Counted from the stretch's first letter, positions 9,386 to 16,062 are shown. The stretch is DNA of 20,000 nucleotides from an uncultured virus (IMG/VR IMGVR_UViG_3300017941_000006) (IMGVR_UViG_3300017941_000006), one strand, 5' to 3'. Numbers and translations: made by a program. The notes: generated by a model from the letters alone, not told the origin.

Positions 9386-11125
9386 GTGGCCGGAAATTAT
9401 TTTAGAGGTTATTACATAGGGATCGGAGATGTCCCAACTGATGCAGAGTTAATGAGACATAAGAAATGGTTTCGTGCAGGGGTAGCACCAGTACCACCAT
9501 TTAGTGGTCAATATCTTGGTTTTATTCCTTGGCATCTGACAGTCGAGGGAAATTATATCTACGTTTGCGGTCAACAGGCATATACAGTAGGTGGTATTGA
9601 TTTCTATGACGCTACTGTAATGAAGGTCGATAGAACTACTCTTGCAATAATTGATGGTTTTAGTCCCAGACAGGCAACTAATAATTTGAGTAACTATTTT
9701 CAAAGGGTTTACATTGACGGAAACGATATTTATTTGGTTGGGACAGCCTATATTGACTCTCTCAAGAAGGCAGTAGTTACGAAAAGAGATAAAAATAATC
9801 TTTCGACTGAATACTGGACTAATTATTATCCACTTGGTGCAGGTTACTCTCTTGCTCAAGCTGTAAGTTGCGTTTCAGATGCTTTGTATCTATATGTTAC
9901 AGCAAATTATAATGATGCGCCCGGTCATTCAGCACCTTATAGATGGAAATTAAATAAGTCCGATGGTTCCACGGTTTGGGTAGGAGGTTCTGGCACTGCC
10001 GTGACAACATACGATGGTATAATTGATACTGGAAGTTATGTTGTTTTAGCTGGATCGGCAGGAGGTGATAGAGTAATTGAAAGGGTTGATAAGGCAACAA
10101 ACTTATCTGTGATCCACAGTATCAGCAGGGATCGCTATGCGAACATGGGCATAGTTTATGGTGGTTTGATTTCCATCCCTCAAGGCCCAAATAATGGAAA
10201 CACATTTATAAATGATTCTGCATATGGGAGTGTAAATTGGTTGAATCCGGGCAATGCTCAAGCTTCTGATGATGTGTATGCAACGGCAGGTGGAGGAAGC
10301 ACCAAATATTTGAAAGCAACTGGTTTTGGTTTCTCAATTCCTACCGGAGCTACCATAGTTGGTGTTGCTGTTGATGTAGAAAGACATGCTGGGGGTCCAA
10401 GTCACTATGCATATACCCAGTTGGCAAAATTGGTAAAGGCTGGTGTCGTAATAGGAACCTCACAAGCTGAAGGTTCGAATTGGCCTACTACGGATACTTA
10501 TGCAACTTATGGGGGGTCTTTTAACTTGTGGGGAACGACCTGGACTCCTGATGAAATTAATGCGGCGGGTTTTGGGTTTGCAATATCTGCCTATGTGAAT
10601 TCGGGGGACACTGCATACATTGACCACATAAGAATCACTGTTTATTACACTATGGGTAGCGCTCCCGCTGTATACTATGTTTGTGGGAATAGCTATCAAA
10701 GTATTATTACGCCACCATACGGAGACCCCAGGGTTTCTGTATTAGAATATGGTGCAGATTTTGTCAAAGTTTGGGAATGGACTAAGAATTATATTGTAGA
10801 TACTAATCTGCAAGAGGTATTGCTCAATAGCGTTATAGATGCCTCAGGTATTTATTCAATAGGAAGTATTCAGTATGAACCAACTCCTCTTGTTTATTAT
10901 AACCAGGCTATCCTTACAAAGATTGGTTTAGACGGGTCTCATCTTTGGGATTTGCAGCATGAGACACAATATATGACTGCTATAAGAGCAATTGGTCTGG
11001 ATATTGCTACTGTTCCTACTACTTTAGTAGTTGGGGTTTGTGATAACAATCCAGCTTTACCTGTTTCGCAACGTTACAGTTATCTTGAAAAAAGGTCAAT
11101 AGCAACTGGATTGATTTTTATCTAA
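9386..11125 (+). CDS. Putative beta-propeller receptor-binding / virion protein with an inserted beta-sandwich
   Basis: GTG start after AAGGAGG. Repeated blade-like segments (GNYIYVCG, GNDIYLVG, ALYLYVTA, SYVVLAG, SGIYSIG). Confidence 0.6.
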   Translation: MAGNYFRGYYIGIGDVPTDAELMRHKKWFRAGVAPVPPFSGQYLGFIPWHLTVEGNYIYVCGQQAYTVGGIDFYDATVMKVDRTTLAIIDGFSPRQATNNLSNYFQRVYIDGNDIYLVGTAYIDSLKKAVVTKRDKNNLSTEYWTNYYPLGAGYSLAQAVSCVSDALYLYVTANYNDAPGHSAPYRWKLNKSDGSTVWVGGSGTAVTTYDGIIDTGSYVVLAGSAGGDRVIERVDKATNLSVIHSISRDRYANMGIVYGGLISIPQGPNNGNTFINDSAYGSVNWLNPGNAQASDDVYATAGGGSTKYLKATGFGFSIPTGATIVGVAVDVERHAGGPSHYAYTQLAKLVKAGVVIGTSQAEGSNWPTTDTYATYGGSFNLWGTTWTPDEINAAGFGFAISAYVNSGDTAYIDHIRITVYYTMGSAPAVYYVCGNSYQSIITPPYGDPRVSVLEYGADFVKVWEWTKNYIVDTNLQEVLLNSVIDASGIYSIGSIQYEPTPLVYYNQAILTKIGLDGSHLWDLQHETQYMTAIRAIGLDIATVPTTLVVGVCDNNPALPVSQRYSYLEKRSIATGLIFI

Positions 11126-11135
11126 CGGAAAGTAG

Positions 11136-11306
11136 ATGCTAAAATCCGAATGTCTTGAATGCAGAAAAGTATACAAAGAGGTAGATGACGGAAAGAGGAA
11201 AGTGGACATAACTCATGGCTTTTGCCCGGTGTGTCTTAAAAAGATTCGTGAAAATAAAAAAATTCAAAAAGAAAGGAATAAATCATGTTCTCAGAAAAAG
11301 CTTTGA
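11136..11306 (+). CDS. Small Zn-finger protein (CxxC...HGxCxxC), 56 aa
   Basis: Hand translation MLKSECLECRKVYKEVDDGKRKVDITHGFCPVCLKKIRENKKIQKERNKSCSQKKL; below the ORF-track cutoff; overlaps the lysin start. Confidence 0.6.
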   Translation: MLKSECLECRKVYKEVDDGKRKVDITHGFCPVCLKKIRENKKIQKERNKSCSQKKL

Positions 11307-11962
11307 AACTTATACTTGATGAAGAGGGTCTTGATCAACCGTCTTTATGGCCTGGAAAGAGTTCCGGAATAACTATTGGAGTTGGCTATGATTTGGGGTA
11401 TGAGTCTAATTTTGAAAACGATTGGAAGCCCTACTTATCTCCCGATGAAATCGCCAGGCTTAAAACTGTCTTAGGACTTAAAGGCCAGGACGCTGCAAAG
11501 AGAGCTCCGGAGTTTAAAGATATTAAGATAAGCAGAGAGGAAGCAAATAGAGTTTTCATGGATAAAACTCTCCCGGAATACACAAGACAAACTCGAGTAG
11601 CTTTTCCAGGGTTTGACAGTCTACCATTAGATGCTCAGGGAGCTTTGGTATCTCTTGTCTATAATAGAGGTGCCGGTATGAGTGGGGATACCAGACTCGA
11701 GATGAGAAATATCCGAGACCTTGTCCCTAACATGGATTTGAAAGGAATAGTCGACCAGATAAGATCAATGAAGAGATTGTGGCCCAATGATTCCGCTTTG
11801 AAAAATAGAAGAGACCACGAAGCCGATTTAGTGGAAAGCTGTATTTTGACTTCAATGGTAGAGCCAGGACTTGAAGAAGCCAAGGAAATCCCTCAGCCAC
11901 AAGGTTTAGCTGGACTTGTTGGGGCTCTCATTAAGATAATAAGAAGTGTTTTGAAGATTTAA
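11285..11962 (+). CDS. Endolysin, pesticin-C/T4-lysozyme-like muramidase
   Basis: EEG...WPGKSSGITIGVGYDLG...QGALVSLVYNRG...LKNRRDHEADL motifs; position at the start of the lysis module. Confidence 0.85.
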   Translation: MFSEKALKLILDEEGLDQPSLWPGKSSGITIGVGYDLGYESNFENDWKPYLSPDEIARLKTVLGLKGQDAAKRAPEFKDIKISREEANRVFMDKTLPEYTRQTRVAFPGFDSLPLDAQGALVSLVYNRGAGMSGDTRLEMRNIRDLVPNMDLKGIVDQIRSMKRLWPNDSALKNRRDHEADLVESCILTSMVEPGLEEAKEIPQPQGLAGLVGALIKIIRSVLKI

Positions 11963-11981
11963 AACATAGGAGGTGATTTGT

Positions 11982-12545
11982 ATGGATTTTCTATCAATGC
12001 TTAGTGGCTACGTGGATGTTGGAAGTGTTCTTTTAGGGATTATCCTAACTCAGCTGATTAGATACTTACTTCCTACTCCGAAGGGATCTCCCAGCAAATT
12101 TGATGTCGGCCCTGTTGCTTACAGGTTTTTACCTTTCTTTCCCTTGTTTATAGGAGCCGCAACTGTTATATTAAAGGATGGGATAATAACCCCTACCATT
12201 GCTCTTGACGAAGCAATTGTTAAGGGTTTTATTTCAGGGGCGTGTGCTTCCTACTTATACAGGATGGTTAGAGTTACAATCTTTGGGAAGGCCTCAAATG
12301 GAAACGGGAATGGAAATGGACATGATGAGCATCATGACCATGACCATGATCACGATGAAAGGCATTACGATCATGACGAAGAAAGACATGACGAAGAAAG
12401 ACACGACCATGATGAACACGACCATGATGAAGAACGACACCACGATGAGGAAAAACCCGCTGATACTTCAACTAAGACTCCGGATGTTCCGGCTGATGTT
12501 AAGGCTGTTCCGGTTGAAGCTAAGCCTATACAAGACGTAAAGTAG
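11982..12545 (+). CDS. Holin-like membrane protein with His/Asp/Glu-rich C-terminal tail
   Basis: About three hydrophobic segments; directly after the endolysin. ATG 11982 is best spaced from the SD AGGAGGT. Confidence 0.6.
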   Translation: MDFLSMLSGYVDVGSVLLGIILTQLIRYLLPTPKGSPSKFDVGPVAYRFLPFFPLFIGAATVILKDGIITPTIALDEAIVKGFISGACASYLYRMVRVTIFGKASNGNGNGNGHDEHHDHDHDHDERHYDHDEERHDEERHDHDEHDHDEERHHDEEKPADTSTKTPDVPADVKAVPVEAKPIQDVK

Positions 12546-12573
12546 AAATAAGAAGATGACTGTGTTATATAAT
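12543..12573 (+). promoter_or_regulatory. Candidate sigma70-type promoter upstream of RNA motif copy A
   Basis: TGtTATATAAT at 12563-12573 (TATAAT 12568-12573); weak -35 TAGAAA 12543-12548. Predicted start about 12580. Confidence 0.45.
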
Positions 12574-12581
12574 TAAGAAGT

Positions 12582-12660
12582 AGGCTGAGTACAGCAAAAA
12601 AACTATGGCGAAAGGGTAGGCGGGCTCGAATCAGCCTGAAGAAAAGAATCCGACCTACCC
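12582..12660 (+). ncRNA. ACAGCAA stem motif, copy A, with an interlocking second helix
   Basis: AGGCTGA(12582-88)/TCAGCCT(12631-37) encloses TACAGCAAAA. GGGTAGGCGG(12614-23) pairs with CCGACCTACCC(12650-60). Confidence 0.6.
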
Positions 12661-12680
12661 AACTAAAAAAGGAGGATGAT

Positions 12681-12833
12681 ATGTTTGGATTCGGATTTGT
12701 AGTTGGAGCAATTGTTTTTGGGGCAGCTGGCTGGGGCTTAACGTATCTGTGGTTTAAGAGAGCTAAGATTCAAGCCAAGATTGCTGCCAAGGTTAATGCA
12801 GCAACAGCTGCTGTGGCCGGGGTGAAGAAGTAA
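12681..12833 (+). CDS. Small single-TM protein, 50 aa
   Basis: AAGGAGG SD; MFGFGFVVGAIVFGAAGWGLTYLWFKRAKIQAKIAAKVNAATAAVAGVKK. Confidence 0.75.
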   Translation: MFGFGFVVGAIVFGAAGWGLTYLWFKRAKIQAKIAAKVNAATAAVAGVKK

Positions 12834-12838
12834 AGAAT

Positions 12839-12951
12839 GGGTGGAGGGGAAAGCGCAACCTGCTCGAGTGTCCAAATGAGCTTTCCAAAGCTCTTGAGAA
12901 TGGTGGGAAAAAGGGATAAAATAAAATATGCAGGCCACCAGCCCTCCACCC
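12839..12951 (+). ncRNA. Predicted ~113-nt structured RNA
   Basis: Perfect 10-bp terminal helix GGGTGGAGGG/CCCTCCACCC; also CCTGC/GCAGG, GAGCTTT/AAAGCTC and TGGTGG/CCACCA. Confidence 0.5.
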
Positions 12952-12973
12952 GGCCTTTCATTAGAGAAAAAAG

Positions 12974-13429
12974 ATGAACTTTTTAAATGCAATAGATTAT
13001 AAATTGATTCTCTATGTTTTAGGGAGCGCTGTGGCCTTATACTTGACCTTTGTTTTTATCTCCATCATATTAAAAGGATGGGGTTCCCTAACAAGTATTT
13101 GGTTCTGGACGAAAAAAATCGGATGGATTTTTGTTATATTAATTGGGTTGTTCTTTGCGTTAAGAGCTCTTCGTAAGAAAACTGAAGCAAAGAATGTCAT
13201 TGATACCAATTTATCAAATCTCCAAAAGATTGAAGACAAAACCCAAGCAGATAAGCAAAGGGAAGCAGAGCTCATAGTACAGAAAAAGGAAGTCGAACAA
13301 AGCATAGTAGTTTTAGCCAAGAAGTATCAAGATAAAGTGGATTCTTTAAATAAACGTCCGGACGATAAACCTACTGACCCACCGGGACATGCCGGGCAAA
13401 GTTACGAAGACCTTAAAAATTCATGGTAA
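12974..13429 (+). CDS. Membrane protein with C-terminal coiled coil (i-spanin-like candidate)
   Basis: Two N-terminal hydrophobic helices, then a charged heptad-rich region; located in the lysis module. Confidence 0.5.
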   Translation: MNFLNAIDYKLILYVLGSAVALYLTFVFISIILKGWGSLTSIWFWTKKIGWIFVILIGLFFALRALRKKTEAKNVIDTNLSNLQKIEDKTQADKQREAELIVQKKEVEQSIVVLAKKYQDKVDSLNKRPDDKPTDPPGHAGQSYEDLKNSW

Positions 13430-13506
13430 AGGGGAAAGAAATGATTTCAATACGTTCACTGCCGTTTAGATGGAGAGGAATATAGGCTTTTCCTCCTCAA
13501 GGACTG

Positions 13507-13560
13507 AAGATTGGCTACAGCAACAAAAACCCACTCACATGGATAAAGTTCCAATCTGTT
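13507..13560 (+). ncRNA. ACAGCAA stem motif, copy B
   Basis: AGATTGG(13508-14) ctACAGCAAcaaaaaccc ... CCAATCT(13551-57) GTT. Confidence 0.65.
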
Positions 13561-13581
13561 AATTATTGAGGAGATAAAATA

Positions 13582-13653
13582 ATGGGAAGATTGGTTTCCG
13601 CAATAAAACATGGTGGAAAGCTGGGGGTCGAACCCTGGAACCAATCTGTTTAA
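13582..13653 (+). CDS. Possible 23-aa leader peptide spanning motif copy C
   Basis: GAGGAG SD at 13568-73; MGRLVSAIKHGGKLGVEPWNQSV*. Confidence 0.3.
   Translation: MGRLVSAIKHGGKLGVEPWNQSV
13587..13650 (+). ncRNA. ACAGCAA stem motif, copy C (variant TCCGCAA)
   Basis: AGATTGGTT(13588-96) TCCGCAAtaaaa ... internal hairpin CTGGG-GGTCGAA-CCCTG ... AACCAATCT(13639-47) GTT. Confidence 0.6.
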
Positions 13654-13674
13654 AAAAGGAAAGGAGAAATTAAC

Positions 13675-14277
13675 ATGGCAACAGCAACAGAAATCTACAA
13701 AGCAATAGCAGATAAGATTCGAGCAGATGCAGCGATTAATCACCCTGGTGACAAGTCCTATGGGGACGAAGCTAACTTGGTAGAATATATTGGGGTTCTT
13801 GTTGACAGAACAACTACCTATGCAGCCCAGGTTAAGGGGTGTGTTGATCCTATGAAGACTACACTCCTACTTTGGGTATCAGGATTTAATGGCTTACTCC
13901 AAGCGATGCAGATCTACAATAACACATTTACTTGCGCCAAGGAGATGCGCAAGGGATACGAGAGTGCACAAGTAGTCAGAGGACTTCCAGTACTCCCAAC
14001 GCTAAGTTTAGCAGCCATCGACGCAGATACCACAAAGTGGTTCATCAATGTGCAGAATTTATCCAAGTACTGTCAATGGTCACCCTATGACATGACTGTG
14101 CCGAGACCTGATTTGTCCTCTGTCTTGAAGAACGTATACAATCAATACGTAGTACTGAGAGACATGGGGGCTACTACAGAACCACTTCCAGTTGTGCCAC
14201 CTGTTTCTCTTGAGCCGAGGGTTAAGGCCCTGGAAGACGCAATGGTTGCAGTAAAGGCAGCTCTAAAAATATCCTAA
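13675..14277 (+). CDS. Hypothetical protein, 200 aa, flanked by the RNA-motif repeats
   Basis: Strong SD AAGGAG; no family recognised; short C-terminal coiled coil (LEPRVKALEDAMVAVKAALK). Confidence 0.75.
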   Translation: MATATEIYKAIADKIRADAAINHPGDKSYGDEANLVEYIGVLVDRTTTYAAQVKGCVDPMKTTLLLWVSGFNGLLQAMQIYNNTFTCAKEMRKGYESAQVVRGLPVLPTLSLAAIDADTTKWFINVQNLSKYCQWSPYDMTVPRPDLSSVLKNVYNQYVVLRDMGATTEPLPVVPPVSLEPRVKALEDAMVAVKAALKIS

Positions 14278-14286
14278 CTTAGATTT

Positions 14287-14345
14287 AAGATTGGTTACAG
14301 CAACAAAAACCCATGCAAAAGGACGCCGAAAGGCACCAATCTGTT
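14287..14345 (+). ncRNA. ACAGCAA stem motif, copy D
   Basis: AGATTGGT(14288-95) tACAGCAAcaaaaaccc ... GCC-GAAA-GGC ... ACCAATCT(14335-42) GTT; the first 27 nt match copy B at 26 positions. Confidence 0.65.
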
Positions 14346-14354
14346 TAATGAACA

Positions 14355-14509
14355 ATCCCAGTCCATCTTATGACCACGTGTTATAGGAGATGACTGTGGA
14401 AAGTCCTTCGGAGGCGAGAAGACCGAACCGGTCGACAGGTAAGCCAATGAATGGACTGAATAAGGCCGTAGCAGAAGGTCTTTCCGTGGCCACGGTTCTG
14501 CAGCGGGAT
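14355..14509 (+). ncRNA. Predicted ~155-nt multi-helix, pseudoknotted RNA
   Basis: ATCCC/GGGAT ends; CAGTCCAT/ATGGACTG; GACCG/CGGTC; GGAAAGTCCTTC(14398-409)/GAAGGTCTTTCC(14474-85). GC-richer than the flanks and no ORF. Confidence 0.55.
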
Positions 14510-14518
14510 ACTAAATCT

Positions 14519-14560
14519 TTCCCCTTGTTTCTCCTAAAGAGCGATAAGGGGAATTAAATT
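14519..14560 (+). terminator. Terminator-like hairpin
   Basis: TTCCCCTT(14519-26)...AAGGGGAA(14546-53) followed by an AT-rich tail; the U-tract is weak. Confidence 0.45.
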
Positions 14561-14609
14561 AAAGTCCCATCAGGTAAGTAGTTAAGTCCTGATGTCTTAC
14601 AGGTGAACT

Positions 14610-15110
14610 ATGAAAAAACTTATTATTGCACTATGTTTATTAACTTTTAGTTGTACTCCTCTTTTAAAGTATACCCCTCCTGTAATAGAACCCCCTAAAA
14701 AGATGGAACACTATGCGTTACCTGTTGATCCGACAGCCTCTTTGTCTCCTCCAAAGGCCATCTTTCTTAAACAGGACACAGATGGTAAATACATCGAGTG
14801 TCCCGAGACAGAAGCCTATCTTACCGCATATACCGGAAAAGAGCATGATAAAATTGTTCTCAGGTTAACATATTACAAGGAATTGATTCCTCAGATGGTT
14901 AATTATGTCAATGTTATTATAGACATAGGTAACGTCAGATTAGACCTCCAAGTAGACCAAAGGCTCGTAACAGAAGTTTACAAGCAAATGTGGATCGATG
15001 CTGTAAACAATACTACAGTTCAACAACGATGGGATACCCTTGCAAAGACAGGTCAATGGGCACTTATCATTGCTGAGATGGCAGCCATCATTCTTCTTAT
15101 CGTAAAATAA
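14610..15110 (+). CDS. Lipoprotein with C-terminal TM helix (spanin candidate)
   Basis: MKKLIIALCLLTFSC lipoprotein signal, Pro-rich linker, C-terminal WALIIAEMAAIILLIVK. Confidence 0.6.
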   Translation: MKKLIIALCLLTFSCTPLLKYTPPVIEPPKKMEHYALPVDPTASLSPPKAIFLKQDTDGKYIECPETEAYLTAYTGKEHDKIVLRLTYYKELIPQMVNYVNVIIDIGNVRLDLQVDQRLVTEVYKQMWIDAVNNTTVQQRWDTLAKTGQWALIIAEMAAIILLIVK

Positions 15111-15133
15111 TTCGTAAAAAACAAAGATTTTTC

Positions 15134-15163
15134 TTGACAAAGACGTAAAAAATAGTGTATCAT
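15134..15163 (+). promoter_or_regulatory. Sigma70 promoter starting the early/accessory region
   Basis: TTGACA (15134-39), 18-nt spacer, TATCAT (15158-63). Confidence 0.7.
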
Positions 15164-15244
15164 CTTGTTATATTAATTGATGATGCAGATGTCAAAAGTG
15201 ACAACCAAAGCGACCTAAACCGTTAAAAATGAAAGGAGTAAACT

Positions 15245-15646
15245 ATGTTCAGAGAGTATATTCCAAAAACCAGAGGTGCTACCAATGCTGCTCTAAAGGA
15301 AGAAATTGTTATGTCGTATACAGCCATGCGGTTCTCGAAAGAATTTTGGGAGAGAGAACCTTGAAAGATGTGGGCTTTTCCCAGAGAAGATCAAGATTAA
15401 GATTAAAATTCTTAATTCGAACATTCATAACAAGTTTAGACTTTTCCTCTTGGACTCTGAAACCTGCCACCTCTTGGGGATCGACCGGAATGATTCCAAC
15501 TTGATTGGCTTCTTTGTCAAATAGGAGCCTAATCCTTTCTGCCCCCAAAAGTTATGAACATGGGCTCCAACACCCGAATGAGAATCATAGACCTGAATCA
15601 GTATTGCAAACCAAAAGGGGGTGATATGAAATCACAGATGAAATGA
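15245..15646 (+). pseudogene. 133-aa gene disrupted by an internal inversion (15360-15550)
   Basis: SD AAAGGAG and ATG 15245. As written it stops at TGA 15362-64. Reverse-complementing 15360-15550 gives an uninterrupted frame to TGA 15644-46. Confidence 0.75.
15360..15550 (-). other. Inverted 191-bp segment bounded by AAC(15357-59)/GTT(15551-53)
   Basis: The minus strand encodes LLGAERIRLLFDKEANQVGIIPVD...EKPTSFK in exact register with both + strand flanks. Confidence 0.75.
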
Positions 15647-15729
15647 GATGAAAAATACCGCCGTGGCTAAAGTGTTTGAAAATTGAATTCTAAACTTAAA
15701 AACAAATCTAAAAAAGGAGAAATGAAAAC

Positions 15730-16047
15730 ATGAAGAAGATTCTAATTGCGATGTTGTTAGTGTTGGCGATGGTGTGTATGACGGTGCCTGCAATGGCAGC
15801 CAAGGGGTTTTATGTAACAGGAACATCCAGCGCAGCAGTGAGCTCGATTTCTGGAACTACTGGTTTCGGAATTTCAGCTACTTGTGCAAGTGCATGGAAT
15901 GGTTCTCTCGCTACGGTTACTTTCCCAAGTGGCAATGCGGTGAGTACATATGCTAACTCTGGTGGGAAAACATTCACAGGTGGCTTTAACGGCAATACTC
16001 TGGCCGAGATGAGTGGCAGCGCTTATGCTACTGGATGGAAGAACTAA
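15730..16047 (+). CDS. Small exported Gly/Ser/Ala/Thr-rich protein
   Basis: Sec signal MKKILIAMLLVLAMVCMTVPAMA; SD AAGGAG. Confidence 0.75.
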   Translation: MKKILIAMLLVLAMVCMTVPAMAAKGFYVTGTSSAAVSSISGTTGFGISATCASAWNGSLATVTFPSGNAVSTYANSGGKTFTGGFNGNTLAEMSGSAYATGWKN

Positions 16048-16062
16048 AGATTTTAAATCGAG

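Noticed and set aside
1..11125. Extracellular contractile injection system or tailocin rather than phage
   Set aside because: Not strictly excluded, since no capsid genes are in the window. The adjoining early-type small genes and a Ycf46-type rather than Afp15-type ATPase context favour a phage.
12790..12960. Twister or HDV-like ribozyme (TAATGCAGC...GTGGAGGG; GCC-CTCCACCC-GGC)
   Set aside because: The twister core and pseudoknot pairings are missing, and the HDV P1.1 GG and P2 pairing are absent.
13620..13640. tRNA gene (T-arm-like GGGTTCGACCCC on the minus strand)
   Set aside because: No acceptor, D or anticodon arms can be built around it.
13507..14345. CRISPR mini-array or integron attC sites
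   Set aside because: Spacing is irregular (80 and 700 nt), the variable part lies inside each unit, there are no cas or integrase genes, and RYYYAAC/GTTRRRY boxes are not consistently present.
14398..14485. RNase P RNA (GGAAAGTCC resembles the P4 signature)
   Set aside because: The element is only ~155 nt, the partner strand gives a T-T mismatch instead of the bulged U, and the other conserved regions are not evident.
15229..15548. ORF-track calls 15229-15504(+), 15306-15524(+) and 15309-15548(-) as independent genes
   Set aside because: They lack well-placed SDs and are better explained as by-products of the inverted gene 15245-15646.
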